Of a stretch of DNA of 64,000 nucleotides, positions 48,312 to 62,517 are shown piece after piece (within the stretch, counting starts at the first letter, position 1; every line of letters begins with the position of its first letter). Origin of the DNA: Chrysomallon squamiferum. Taxonomy: Eukaryota > Animalia > Mollusca. The translations under genes and the position numbers were made by a program. The notes below the pieces were generated by a model. It searched no databases. It had not been told where the DNA came from and saw nothing but the letters and a program-made list of their open reading frames with translations. Where the stretch lies: NCBI GenBank assembly GCA_012295275.1, contig CM022670.1:9238001-9302000 (forward strand). Direction: 5' to 3'.

Positions 48312-50672
48312 GCATATTCAAATGTTTGTTGTGTTTTTGTTAATTTAAATGCACCTTATAATAACTTATAGCCAAAAGAAATAATTTTTTATTATTTTTT
48401 AAATAAGAATAGTCCATGTTTACCTAGTTTTGTTTAATTTTTTTTTTAATTTTTTATTTATATATATTTGTGTCAGTGAATGTATTTTTCACCTTGCCTT
48501 ATTAAACAAGCATCAAATCTCATGGCTATAAAGATTAGAAACAAAAAATGTTCAACTGTAGAAAAATCAAATTGTTATTATTCAAACCTCGGCTTTCACA
48601 TTTGGGTTGGCATCCCTGTCCAGCAATTCATGTACAACCATGGAATGTCCCTTGTAGCATGCCCACATTAATGGAGTCCATCCATTCTGGAAAAGAAACA
48701 CAAACAAGAAAATTAATGTTTGTTTCACAATATTAATGTATTGGAATTTTTTTTGAGAGAGTGGAGTATGGAATTTTCTTACATTGTTCATGGATTTTTA
48801 AAATTTTTGTTTGTTTTGAAAAGTGTTTTATTTATTTTTTATTATTTTTATTTTTTTTTTTTTTTTTTTTTTTGTTTATCTGTATTGTTTTTCTTGTTGT
48901 TGCTGTTCTAAAATCAATAATTCTAGAATAATTGAAACCCTGCTAATATTATAGACTAATGAAATCCAAACCAAATAAAATGGGATTATAATTAAATATT
49001 TCAAAATTATGTTTATAACACCACAAAGCCTCACTGTTATGCACTGTAAGCAAACTAATACTTTTGAATCTAAGTCACTGTATTAATTACCAGTGTTAAA
49101 TGTAGTTTTAACAGAACTAACAAAAAAAAAAAAAACAAAGATCATATCACACAGCAATCAGGATAGAAAACAAAGAAAACTTTTAAATAAATAATACACA
49201 GGGCAGAAGCCAGGTATCAGAACGCAAAAATATCTGTTAACAACACTGATACTGATTCAAATGTAATTTACACACAAACCTTTTGTTTACCAGTTGTGTC
49301 AAACTTGTTAAAACAAAAGTAAGCCAACATTCATACTGAGAAGAACTGATTCTGTATCTCACTAAACCCAGTGATTGTTTTACATAAATGATATAAAACA
49401 GATGTAGCCATTAAAACCTAAAAAATCAAACTTACCAAATCTCTGTGCTCAATGTTAGCAGATTTTTCAAGAAGCACAATAACTATTTCCAAATGTCCTT
49501 GTTTAGCAGCACATAAAAGAGCATTCCAGTTATCCTGAAAAAAAAAAATAAATAAAAAAAAAAAAAAAAATAAAAATAAATGCTAAAATTACTTTATACA
49601 GTACATTAAAGATATTTATATACTAAAAATATTTTTAAAAACAGTTTTAACACAATTATAACTATTGTTCTGTAACATTATTTATGTTTAATTATAAAAT
49701 ATGTAAACATTTATTAGTAATTACACTATAGTGTTTGTTTATTAAGTTACTAAATTATTACTAGTCCTTGTTAAGATTCAACACCTCAGTCAAAACCATG
49801 TGAGCTAGCTATGACCTGTACTTGGTAAGTAAAGGAATATCCTGCATGGGGTTGTAAAGTTCAGGTTTTTAATTTATTTCTATTTAATGTTGACACAGAG
49901 AAAACTGGAATTAATACTGAGTGTGCATAGTCTTAGTTTCAAGAATTTATAATCAGAAGGTTTTCCTTCATCAATTCAGCTGTTAAAAATATGTAACTTG
50001 TAAAATATGGTTATAATATTTATTAATGTTAATGTTTGCATGGGCAAGATTAATGTTAATGGTCTAGTTTGTCAAAGTGTGTAATAGGATTTACATTTTA
50101 GTTTAAAGTTAATGCATTTTTTTTTTATTTTTTTTTTACCCCCCTGAATCAGCTAACTGAATATAATCTTGATCAAAGCATCAGCTATATTTAAGCTAAA
50201 CTATATATTTTTTTTTAATAGACTGCAGAAAACTACCATCTACAAGTTGAGAATTGCTATGATTATTAACTTACATTGTCCACAGCATCCACATCAACAT
50301 CAGCATCAAGCAGTTCTCTGAAAATGTGGAGCTCTCCCTTCTCACTGGCTAGCATTAGATACGTCTGTCCATTCTGTGTGGTCAGAGAGAAAACAATAAA
50401 AGAAATTAATAACATTTGTAAATGCATAAGTGTGCATGTATGTGTGTGTGCGTGCGTGTGTGTGTGTGTGTGTGTGTTAATTATTTACTTATACACTTGC
50501 TCTATATACTATTTCCACTTTACCATTAAACTTTACAATGTTTGTGAATGATTTGAATTATATGTTGATGTATGTAACATCTGTTATAGTCTAACACATT
50601 ATGTAATTTTTCACTCCATGGATCCCTGAAGTATTAACTTTGTATAAAAAAATTAAAATCTGCACTTTTTCC

Positions 50673-50705
<33 letters not shown>

Positions 50706-51173
50706 CTCTATTCTTTTCACATATGTAATTTTTTCTCAGGTAAAGATAAATTTACTTGTAATGAGTTAAAAATAAAAATAATTTGTAATAAAGATAAAAA
50801 CAATTTAAAATTTAGCATTAATGGTTTAATAAAAATTCATAAAATAAATTTATCTAACATGAAGTACTTACTAGTTCTCAATTAATTCCACATGAAAATA
50901 CTTTTGGTTAAACATATTAACCACAACTAATATATTAAAAAAAAAAAAAAAATTAAATTTTAAAAAATACTGTTATATGAAATTTATACAAAATTACCTA
51001 TCCTGGGGAGAAGTTTTAATTACTTTAAACTGTTTAAATACTAATGATAAGTTGAGAGTTACCTCATCTCTTTCTTCAAGATTTATATTTCCACTTTCTA
51101 GAAGATTATGAACGGCTGAAAGATCTCCTTTGTCCACCTTCTCCCATAACATCTGAGACTTGAAGCTAGCCAT
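33735..51173 (-). CDS. KIDINS220: Kinase D-interacting substrate of 220 kDa / ARMS (ankyrin repeats, KAP P-loop NTPase, 4 TM, SAM-like, PDZ-binding C-terminus), 23 coding exons, ~1551 aa
   Basis: Exons 5'->3': 51173-51063, 50373-50275, 49534-49436, 48686-48588, 48004-47906, 47565-47467, 47263-47165, 46961-46863, 46433-46335, 45524-45426, 44526-44428, 43700-43523, 43023-42862, 42318-42139, 41742-41568, 41097-40949, 40624-40203, 39580-39317, 38203-38005, 37643-37481, 36637-36450, 35860-35568, 34916-33735; total 4656 nt, in frame. Motifs: [52 protein letters not shown], Walker [16 protein letters not shown], Walker [44 protein letters not shown]-terminal ESFV* (human ESIL). Confidence 0.97.
39016..39325. 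repeat. 105-bp tandem repeat x3 spanning a KIDINS220 exon end and splice donor
   Basis: Units start at ~39016, 39121 and 39226. GTTTACCTTGG (donor AAG|gtaaac on the minus strand) recurs at 39101, 39206 and 39311. Confidence 0.9.
39990..40200. repeat. (GT)n compound microsatellite abutting a KIDINS220 donor
   Basis: On the minus strand the dinucleotide run begins immediately after CAG|gtacac. Confidence 0.95.
42411..42702. repeat. 58-bp minisatellite, ~5 copies, in a KIDINS220 intron
   Basis: The unit TAGATACAAAATAATCATTCATTAAAATACACAATCTTATGTAACACAAATAGATCCT recurs with period 58. Confidence 0.9.
45763..45803 (-). promoter_or_regulatory. RFX X-box plus candidate alternative first coding exon (MADTK) of KIDINS220
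   Basis: X-box GTCGCTGTGGCAAC at 45790-45803. On the minus strand, gtaATGGCAGACACAAAG|gtaaaa (45777-45763) gives a phase-0 donor compatible with exon 45524-45426. Confidence 0.4.
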
Positions 51174-54100
51174 GACTGATTTTAGTGGTCAAAGTACTAA
51201 TTCCAAAACGTTTCTTTGTTATTCCTTTTACATCACACCTGAAAAGTGTGTGGGAAAAATGAAAATGACAATAAGTTAAAAAAAAAACCTAATATTATAT
51301 ATGTATATTCAGATGTGTTAGTATACAAAAAAAAAAAGACATCACACAACATTTTCTAACACATGCCTTTTTTTTTTTTTTTTTTTCAGATGAGAAGCCT
51401 GGCAAGCCAGTTTTACCTGCACAGAAATGAAACTTTGAATTGCTGATCCTAGAACAATTTTTGTTATTTAGTAACCCAACATTTGTAACACTATATAATC
51501 CTGAATCACACTTGAATCATTAAAGTATTTTAGAAACACACACAATGAGTAATCAAATGTGACAAAAAAATAAATTTACAACTTTTAGGTACATGTTACA
51601 TTTACTGTGCTTATGCAGCATAAATATCACAGTGTTTACACAGTCAACTGCCTCTTATTCTGCTATCTCATACTTAGAGAGATGCAGTCCTTTAGAAACA
51701 ACTAAAACCAGCTGAAATGTTCTCTTGCATAAAGATGCAACCATCCTCTAAACATGAAATGTAACATTTAAATGAATCTTGCACCTGCTTTGCACATGAC
51801 AGGTAATAACAGATCTGGCTGGTTTAAACCAGACAATGATATCCACAAACTGATGCATGCATCTGTGAGCAGGAAAACCCAGTCACGGTTTGTATTATAG
51901 CTGAGAAAGTTAAAAACAGCTACGACCCATCAAGGACATCAAATGTGACATGTCACATGTAATCTGATCTCCAAACAAACAGATTCCACTTTGCTGAAAT
52001 ATCAAAACATTCACTTAGAAATAAAGGCAAATATTCCCTGCAGCAATTTTGTTTTGACAAACTGGTGAAAATGAAAGGAATTAAAAATACCTCAGATAAA
52101 TTGTTCCAACAACCTTAAAGTTTGACATTTGCCAGTCACAACAAATACTTAGAAAAACCTCAGTACTCCAGAAAAAAAGAAAAAAAAATGCACCAGAAAT
52201 TATGCTTGCAGCTGTATGTCACTTTAATTTATATGCCTTATCACATCTGAACACAGACACAAACTCCAAATGAAATATGTAGTATGTAAAAGAAGACTAT
52301 AAAAAAAATATAATAAAGAAAAACATTACAGCTAATCAAAAGATATTAGTCTTAAAATTTAGATATGTCAGTGACCCACAGAGACATAAAATTTTAAAAT
52401 TTGTAATAACAAGAATTCAAAAATAAACTGATTTGATGTTACTTATGGTGCACTACTACCAGTTACATATTTAGTGTCATGTATCTAACAACAAATATGT
52501 AACTGTAATTTAACCATTACTAAAAAAAAACATTACTATACTACGCATTAATTATCATTGTTCATTGTACTTGTTTATATTTAGCACTGACTGTGAAATT
52601 TTATCTCTCTAAGGCCTCACCAAAACTACTAATATTTTTTTATCTGTCAGATTTATAGTAATCAATCTCATTTGAGTAAACAAAATGTTTGATTTCTCAA
52701 AAACATGTTTTACACACTCTCAACTCCAAAGAAATAACCTTAAATTGTAGATAAACAACAAGACTATCAGGTGACTTTATAACTGGCAGTTGGTTTTTCC
52801 TTTTTTTCAATTATTTTTCTTTTTGTTGTTTTTTTCTATAGGGGTGGTGTGTTAGTTTAGCAACAGATAATAGTATCTCAAAGGTTGGTTAAATTTAGAA
52901 AAATGAACAAGTAACTGATAGATAAGAAACATGTTATAATGTAACAAAACGATGAACAGTTGTATTACTATCTAGAGTAGGATAACAATAAAAAGAAAAA
53001 AATATATTACATTTTTTGTAAGGACAGTCAGAAATAATATTACCTTTGTCAGTTCAACACCTAATATACATGAGCTGTATAACAAAGACAATAACTGGAC
53101 TTTGCCATAATTTTTTTTTTAGGGGTGTGAGGGTAACAATAAATGAAACAAGATAACAACCTGTTATTTAATGTAAACTGCATAGAAAAAAATCTGTTTT
53201 TAAATTACTACAAAATTTAGGGGTTCTTTTTTACATAATATAAAATAATTTTTAAGGTTATATTTTAAAATGTTAAGGATTTACGTAAAATAAATGTAAA
53301 ATGACAATATGACATATTTGTGTTTTCAGGCTATTTCATTAGAAGAAAAAACTCAGAGCAAAGACATAGATATATAAATAAATGACCTGAAATGATTCAC
53401 TTGAGCTAGGGTCAGAAACTAACAGCATAAATCTACATGTTCATTAAACTGTCTACACTAAACTGTGTACATTAAACAGACTGTAAAATTATTTTAATTA
53501 AATATCTTAAGTGTACACAATTTTTACTAAATGTCGTTCCTTTAGGGAACATTTCTTTCAAACTATTTTCTTTCTGCTTTTAAAAACAATAATAACATAA
53601 TTATGTATAATTATTTAATTCAGACTTCATTTGAAACCAAAAAAATGTATTTACAAATTCACAATTGCAGACAAATGGGTTAATTTAAAAACTATAAATC
53701 ATAATTCTGAATGCTGTATGCACTTATCAAGCTTCCTTCCTGTCAGTGCCCCATGATAACTAGGGTATCGAAAGCCACAGTGTGTAAATTCCTATCTATA
53801 CAGAAATATGCATATAAATGATCACTTGCTGGTTATCATTAAAACTTAAGTTGATATGTTACATAAATCTATCCATTCTGGTTGTCTGTGATTAGAAAAT
53901 CAGATAACTGCTATATGATATTATAAATTATAATTATTACTTATATTAAAATACTTTGTGGTGTTGTCTATCAAAAATGTTTCATTCAAAATGGCTGCTT
54001 TTAGTTTATATTAATTTCATTTTATTGTGAAGAATTTAACTGAAAACAGAGCCAAATAATATGGTAAAAATCTACAATCTAGTACAAAAATCTTTTTAAA

Positions 54101-55460
54101 AACTTAATGAAGTTGTGCTGCTCACACATTTATTTTAATATTAAATTACTGCAAAATTTTTGTATTACCAAACTTAAAATCATTCATGTGTAAATTATAA
54201 AATTATCAAAAATTAATTATACAAACAGATAACAGGTTTTGTATGAATAGTACTTTTTAGTAATTATATATATAAAAACATATACATTTATAAACATATA
54301 TATATATATATATTATATCTACACACACACATACATAGTGATTTTTCAGTTCTTCAAGTAAGAAAGAAAGAAGGGGAGAGTGAAAGAGAGACAGACACAG
54401 AAAAACAGACCCTTAGACCAGTGGCTCTCAACCATATTTTTTTTTTTTTTTTTTTTTTTCTTCTTCCAGAAAAATCCTTTTCAAATAATTTTGAAGGTTG
54501 GTATCACTTAAACAGAAATTTATACTGGCTCATAAATTATGTAATGAAATTAGAGAATTTATACTTTTATATTATGTTGTTGTTTATTTATATTTTTTTT
54601 CAATTTATTTATTGGTTGTTGTTTTCTTCACAGCAACACAACGGGGAATTATCACCCAAATTTAGAGTCACTGCTTAAACAATAACATTTAAATGTTAAA
54701 TTATACTGCAATATTAACTTAAACTAACATTCAGATTATTATTTTTTTAAACTGGCAAGTGTTCAGGACAAAAGGTCAAAGAATTAACCCTCTTTAGTAT
54801 GAATAATAAACTGACTCTTTTATCAGTAATCATGGATAAAATAGAATTTATTTACATTTAATGCATCTGAGAATCAAATAAAAAAATATTCATCAATGTT
54901 TTAGATAAATAAATGTTTTGTCATTTTTTGTACATAAAAAATCTTTAATATTTTAGTTATATAATCAATAAAATAATTTAACAAAAAAAGATTAGACAAA
55001 AAAGTAACAAATGGAAAAACGATAACATCAATACTGTCTAGAGTGGAACTGAAGAGATGACTGCAGAGTGAAAATGTATGTGGCTTGTGACATTTTAAAA
55101 CCTAAAATCGAAGTATCTGATTTCAATCTATAAACAATATACGTATTTTACATTTTTTTTAAGAGATGTTTACTTACTGAAGTTACTTAGTAATGACTGT
55201 AGCGTGGCCGTATAGTATAACTGATAATATCATATATTTATATTACTATATGAGTATATCAGTTAAAAAATATAAATATAGTTATAATATTAAATGCGAG
55301 TAGCACCAAAAAAAAAGAATAAAAAGACAACTGAATATTTAATCTATGAAAAAATAAATCATGATGAATAAAGGTTACTGAAAGAATAACAAATTCTTAA
55401 TATATTCAATCAATTTTCCGTTCTTAAAAATAATAAATAAATATCGTCAATAACCAATAC

Positions 55461-56203
55461 CTGTTAATACGCGTTTGCGTTCTTACTCTTTATGACATTT
55501 CCTTAGATGACTTCATAAACGGCAATCCCAAGTTGATACGCTGCATTTCTGTTTTGCCTCGAATGCTTGATAATTTGGTGTTATGCATTGTTTTCGTACC
55601 TTAACTGATCATGCCCTAGAATATACTACTCCCATAAAACTCGTTTTTTAGTCATTCATTCAGTCATATCCATCTCTATATTTCTCCAGGCACAACTTAA
55701 CTATAATATTAATAATTTTATTATTTATTTGAAATCGTACGTTGAAACAGTTAAACTGTTTTTGTTGTTATTTAGTTTTCTATAATTATATTTTATAATC
55801 TCTTCTTTCAAAGTACAAACAAGTCATTCATAACTGAGTAATAATAATTATTATACTTATTTTACAAAGTCACGCCAGTTTATTTTGTATAATTATTGTA
55901 GAGACGTAATCTAAGTTTCCTTTGTAAAATAATACATCCGCCGGTGTAAAACTTGTAACGGAATCTTTCTTAATGTGATCCATTTTATAACCATATTTGT
56001 TTGGTTGTTATTGTTCTGAAGATAAGAAATTCACTTTAAAAATATAAAAAATTCTTATAATTGTTTAAATGAATATTATTTTTAGGTTTTTTAAAATTTA
56101 TTTGATAATTTTCTATTCATATTCATTACGTGATCGGAACGTATTTTCTGCATGTGTTATTTACGCGGGTTAACATAGAATGTCTCGAACGTAGTTTGTT
56201 AGA
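55461..56203. promoter_or_regulatory. Probable bidirectional promoter for KIDINS220 and the POLR1D-like gene, including the non-coding KIDINS220 exon 1
   Basis: The KIDINS220 ATG exon has an acceptor at 51238, so an upstream UTR exon is needed. A minus-strand donor CAG|gtattg lies at 55461/55460 in a locally CpG-richer stretch. The + gene ATG is at 56204, under 750 bp away. Confidence 0.55.
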
Positions 56204-57857
56204 ATGACAACAAAAAGCAGAAATTCTCTTTTAGCAAAGAGTACTGAAGATGATGCACAGAATGATGGTTCAAAAAAGGAAGAAGACGAGCTGGAAAAGT
56301 CTGTAGCAAAATTATGTGTTATGCAAATATAAATTCATATGATTTTAGTTATGTTATACCTTCCATATATCTATTTCCGTAGTAGCGTTATTGTCGATAT
56401 GTCTCGTTCTCAAATCATAATATAATTTTAAATAAAATAATAAAAAATACATTTGTGTTAAATACTTGTTCTATTATCATAAATAATATTAATAAATAAA
56501 ATGTAATAGTAATTGGATCCATTTATTAGCCATCGTCTGCATTAAATGAATGGCAGTAGTCATTCATTTTTAAAATTGCTTTAAAATTTACTTTGAATTT
56601 TGAATTATTTTATTTTATTTTAATTTTTATTTTTTTCCATTTAGATTAGCAATGAATGAAATTTTAATAGAAACAAAACGACGAGCAGAAACTGCTAAGG
56701 AATTTGGAGCTTTGGGATGGTTAGTTTCGTTTATAATAATAATAATATATTTCAAGTGCAGATTGGTAAATCAACTACATAAATATATATATAATATAAG
56801 CAATGATTCATTTGATAGCACCGATGCAATACAGTTTACAGCATTTGCAAATATATGTGATTGAAAAATGACAATAATTGTAATGGTTAAAAATACATTA
56901 GTTTTCATAAAGAAATTTCATCCAGTAAACACACATTAATATTATAACTGCCATGAATTCAAAAATAAATAATTACACCATAATTTATTTAATATTTTTA
57001 ATTATTACTTTTCTTTTTCTTTTTTTTCTTTTTTCTTTGCTTTAGATCTGTCTTAATTGTGGTTGTTGCTTCACTTAAAACATTATTTGCATTATATTTT
57101 CAGGCAGAAGTGTCCACTACAGCCAGTAAACAAGCAGTTTTTAAAGAACACATTAGTGAGTACATTACGAAGTGTACCAGATATCAAAAAGGAAAGGAAA
57201 ATCAAAGAACAAAAGACATGGAGACAGTCAGGATATAAACAGAACTTTCCACAACAACGAACAGACAGTAGGACGGACAGTTTGCAGTCGAGGGACAGAC
57301 ATTTTAGTGGCACCGAGAAAAATTCATCTACAGACAAAAACTCAGATCAAAGATTTAGATCAAGGAATCTTTCTAACAGCAAGGATGATCAGTCTCATCA
57401 TACTGATAAGCATTCTTATGAAAAAAGAACATCCAGTGGACGTTCCACAAAAAATTCTTCTTCATCACATGTTAGAAAGAAAGAAATGATATCAGAGACC
57501 AATCTGACACAGACTAAAATGAAGCCAACTAATTCTTTAGATGAAGGTTCTAACAAAGATATGAATGAAACAGCATCTGTCACTGATCAGAAAAATGCTA
57601 AAGCTGAGGGACAGACATCACAGTATCAAAAGAATCATGTGGTGAATAAAGATTCTGAAGGCAATGCACAATCAACTATATCTGAAAGCACTGTATCAGA
57701 ACAGTGTGAAAAATCAATGAAAAGAAAACAATCTAAAAACCACTGTGAAACAGATGTGCAGGCAAAGAAAAGAAAAAAACACAAAAAAGACACAGAAAAG
57801 AAACACAGAAGTAAAAGAAAGTCCAAAAAGCACAAGAAAAACACTACACAATTGTAA
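56204..57857 (+). CDS. POLR1D: 'Protein POLR1D isoform 2'-like protein (not the RNA polymerase AC19 subunit), 3 exons, ~307 aa, Lys-rich disordered tail
   Basis: Exons 56204-56298, 56645-56719, 57104-57857 (both introns phase 2; total 924 nt). EEDELEKLAMNEILIETKRRAETAKEFGALGWQKCPLQPVNKQFLKNTL aligns with recalled human POLR1D isoform 2 (EEDQELERKAIEELLKEAKRGKTRAETMGPMGWMKCPLASTNKRFLINTI). C-terminus KKRKKHKK...KKHRSKRKSKKHKK is NLS/NoLS-like. Confidence 0.85.
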
Positions 57858-58330
57858 CTTGTAATACTTTATATAAAGAATTTCTTCAAGTTCTCTGTTG
57901 AGAAACAAAACTAAGCTTTCAGATTTCTTCTTATGGTACTTTTCTTAGTGACTGTTAAGTGAACTGTTTGATACAAGGAGATCAGAAATGATGAGTGTAA
58001 TGTTAGGCTTGATTTCATTAACTAACATGCACTGAGCAGAAATTGTTCTTTTCAGTAATAAGTTAGAGTGATTTGATATCCAACAAAGTATTTAGAGTAA
58101 TCAAAAGTCAGATGCATTGAACTAAATCCATGATTTTTATTTTATTTTAAATTTAATATTATAATTTTTTTTTTATATAAATACCCTTAATGATGGCAAC
58201 ATCCATGTTAATAGATAATAAACCACCATATTTTGTAAATATTTTATATTATTTTAAATGACATAAAAGATACATATTTTTAATTTAGTTTTCACATGCA
58301 ATAATAACGTCTTTGTCAGACTTGTATGTG

Positions 58331-58378
58331 AATAAAATTTGTTTAAAAAATGTTGTTATTGTCACTTGGTTGTTGTAT
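58331..58378 (+). terminator. Candidate POLR1D-like polyadenylation signal
   Basis: AATAAA at 58331-58336 followed by GT-rich TGTTGTTATTGTCACTTGGTTGTTG. Confidence 0.45.
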
Positions 58379-60026
58379 CTTTATATGCTGTAAATTTAAA
58401 CAGAATTTATTTATTTTATTTATTTATTTTTTTATTACCTCATCTACAACATCTATTTGCTCAGCCATATGTTCTTACATATATGAAATAATAAATATAT
58501 ATATGAAACTGTTTACTATGTAAATTTTAAGACAAAATGTTTTTAAGCATTCATTCTTTCTTCAAGAATCCTTTTTGCCTCTTAAGCAGTATGTCATGCC
58601 TTAATATCTCCTCCATTTTGATTCCTTACTTCTGTAATTGTAATGAAACAACAACAAATATATTAACAGTAACAGGTGATCTAACAGATAGGTGAACAGA
58701 TCAGTATTAATCATTTAAATAAATTCAAATTTCTTTTCAGTTAATTGCCCTTTTCAGCATATTTTCTGCCAAAAAGTTTAGTGTACAGACCACTGATCTC
58801 TTTCTGGAAACGTATCTTGATGTCAGTGTGTAAGATTTTTTGATTACAATGTCAGAAGGACTGATTTGCCCATATTATACACACAAAAGGACAAGTTATT
58901 TATTTCGTCCAGTGTTTTTCCTGAATTGTGGGAGGGCAGTCGTCACCCCACCCCTGTCTTGTAGAGACACTCGTCTGTATGAGTAATAGGAAATGCTAGA
59001 TTATTGGATCCAAAAACTGTGTCGACGAATTATCAGTTTAACCAGAACTGAATTCGATTAGAATCTTCAATGGGCAGTAAGATAAATTTGTTTAGGCAGA
59101 AATTTCTATAATCATTAACTTTACATATTAATTTTGTTAACATGTATTCATTTGAAATATGAATACTAATACATTTATATATATCTACAGCTAACTTTAT
59201 AATGACAGTGTTTCAGATTACGGCGCATTTCGCAGGGCAAGGAAAAAGAAACACTTTGCCATCTGTTTAACGTCCAAAGTGATTGTATCTGTCGGTGAAA
59301 GAGTAACTATAGATTTTCAATACTGAGTAATCCGACTTGCTAGGTCTTTTTTATGTTCGTTTCTGAAGGGGATATCTGGTGAGAAAACTGTTACAAATGA
59401 TTTGACTATACAAATATCTGTAATGATACGTCTTGATGCTTATAGATTTTCTTTGCAGTTTTATTAATCGTATAACCAAACTCCTGTATGCTTTAATATG
59501 TTTGATTCTTCATTCTATTTTTTATATCAAAAGGAATAGAATACATTTTTGTTAATTTTTAAATTTGTTTTTTATTTTTTATTTTTTATTTTTTATTTTT
59601 TAATGGTATGTCTGAAAAAGGAACGGGGAGGAAATGACTATAATAATAATAATAGAGAAAAAAAAGTTCTACGTTCAGTTCTAATGATGTATCCTTTTTA
59701 TAAGCCTGAATTGATTATCTTTTATTCCGTAATACGTCTGTAATTCCTTTTCATTATAATAATACATTGTATTGGGTGATATAAGCATGATCATATCAAG
59801 CTAGCTAAAATTTTATTCTTCGGAGGAATACAATTATTAATGACATATTTAACTGTCTCTGTATACAAGCCTATCTTATAAGTGTGTGGTTTTTTTTTTT
59901 TTTTTTTTTTTTTTTCTTTCTTTTTTATTTATTTAATTGTTGTTGGTTTTTTTTTTAAAATATTAAATATATTTTTGATAAGGATATGTGCAGACTTAAA
60001 TATTTAAATATACATACATACATACA

Positions 60027-60062
<36 letters not shown>

Positions 60063-60067
60063 TATAT

Positions 60068-60130
<63 letters not shown>

Positions 60131-61445
60131 TATATGTATGTATTATATTCGATTTAAGATAACTATGATATTATCCAGATGTTAGTTTTGTTCATTAAAA
60201 TGATAGAAGCCTTATATTACTCCGATATCCAAAATACACAAAAAACAACAACATCCAAAACCCAAAACGATATCTGAATGATTAGTGCGACATCTCATCA
60301 CTTTTTTTTTTATTAGTGTCAGTTGTTATGTGTCATTAATTTGTTTCTCATAATTACCAAAACTGCGTGGGCTACTCCTATTTATTAAACACGGGAGCAT
60401 TTGTCACGTACTTTGATAAAGCAATCCTAGACTCCTGGTTACAACAGAAGGCTGCGCTAAATAGAATGGGAATGAAAAAAAGAGATATATATATATAAGA
60501 ATAATGTTTTATGATTGTATTTGCGCCAAGAAGGACAAAATGAAAACAGAATCTGTATAAAAATAATGTTTATATGCTTTTACAATTGGAGACTTATTTA
60601 CTTAGATGAATTTTTAATAATTTGTTTAAAAAACGAAACAAAAGATCATGTTAATATTTACAAATAACTGCTGGAGCAAACACAACTCACCCGAGGGATG
60701 ACCACATGTAAACAATATAAATTTCATTCACGTTAATTTATATTCTTTGTTTTCGCAACGGGGAACAAAACATTTCATTAGTACAAAAGCAATCAGCAAA
60801 TTTTGTGTTTGGTTATGTTATTCAAACATCAGAAGTCGATATTAATAAAAGATGGTAATTGTAGCATAATTATTTGCACGAATGTGGCTAGGGAATGCCC
60901 ATTTTGCATGAAGTATTAATTTGATTGTCAACAGAGGTTCAGACTGGGAATCGTGGGTATGCAGAAACAAAATTATTTAACCGAGTGTAATTGATTTATT
61001 ATTGCATTCGGCAAGTTCACATCGTATAATGAAATTTTTCTACCGTAATATTTAGTATAATAAAAAGTATTAAAGATAAGAATAGAATAATAATAAAGAA
61101 AGAAAAAGAAACAGAAACTTATGGATTGTGAATTATACGTTTCGATCTTTATTTTTAACTATACGCCTTTGTAAGCTAGTTAATGTTTCTTCAGACCTCG
61201 TTTCAGATTAAGGTATATTTTTAAATATCACAGCTATCTTCGGCTTTTTATCACAAAGACATTTGCAAATGCCGTAAGCCGTGTTGCACATTGCGTTCGT
61301 GTGAATCATAGCTAATGTTCTATTTTACTACTGTTTTTTATTTAATAGATTAATCAAACTGCAGTCGAAATATGATTTTATTTAAATACCGTATGCACAT
61401 TTTCTCATTATGGTGTCCTCGTATCTGGTTTATTTTAAAATTTCA

Positions 61446-61497
<52 letters not shown>

Positions 61498-61932
61498 AAA
61501 ATGGTTTGATAACATGATAGCTCAGTAATCCTAATACTGTTTGTGAGAAGGTGTTTAAAACATAATTTCTTTCAGCTAAAAAAAAAAAAAAAAGGAAAAA
61601 ATACTGGAATGGTACAATTAAACTAAACAAACTTCTATGTATTAATCCGTATTGTAATTAATACTAGTATTAAAAGAATTAACTGATTCTTTGTTATCAA
61701 ATGAATAAATGTAATGAATAATAATAATAATAATAATAATGATAATAAAAACTTGTAGAGAATTATATTTTTCGCAACAATCTATTTTAAAATTGATATG
61801 TGTATGCAATTCAAACTGAATAATAATAATAAGAAAAAAGCCTTTAATTTTTAAAACTTTTATTATCAAATCACTAATATAATATATACAGGATTGTAAA
61901 GATTATTTTTCTGTAATACAAAACGCTGACAG

Positions 61933-61964
<32 letters not shown>

Positions 61965-62486
61965 CTGTTTTTCTAAAACTTTAAACATAGTTACTGCCAT
62001 TTCAAGTTAATACAAGATATAAAAAAAATAACACAGATCAAATTAATTACATTAGAGTGACAATTAAAAATACTGCATGTGTATTTCAAATATCTTTCTG
62101 TTTAAAGCATTTTTTTTTCTGTTAACGCTGACTACAAAACGCCGAAAGCAAACTGATTACGTTAAAGAATTATCAGGTTGGTCTATTAGTGCACGTATTT
62201 TATTATAAAGCATACATAATAAGATGTAATACACATACATATTCAAATACGTAATAAACTAACACGAAGCAACAAAAAAATTAAAAAAATAAAACATAAT
62301 TTTAAAATCATCATTCGATTAAACTAAACTAAAAATTTTTTTTTTTTTTTTTTTTTTTTAATCCTCTTTTAAGTAATAACATAACATTTCATTCTGCTCA
62401 TATGGATTGATATTTTAAAATCATTTTAAAAATAAACATATTTACAAACATTTATTTCTGTTTCAGTTTTCCGTACACATCACTAT

Positions 62487-62517
<31 letters not shown>

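Noticed and set aside
58436-58850. Short minus-strand peptide-like frames (MAEQIDVVDE|gt, MEEILRHDILLKRQKGFLKKE*, QKILHTDIKIRFQKEISGLYTKLFGRK)
   Set aside because: Fragmented by stops, no family recognised and no consistent splice chain. Possibly decayed transposon sequence.
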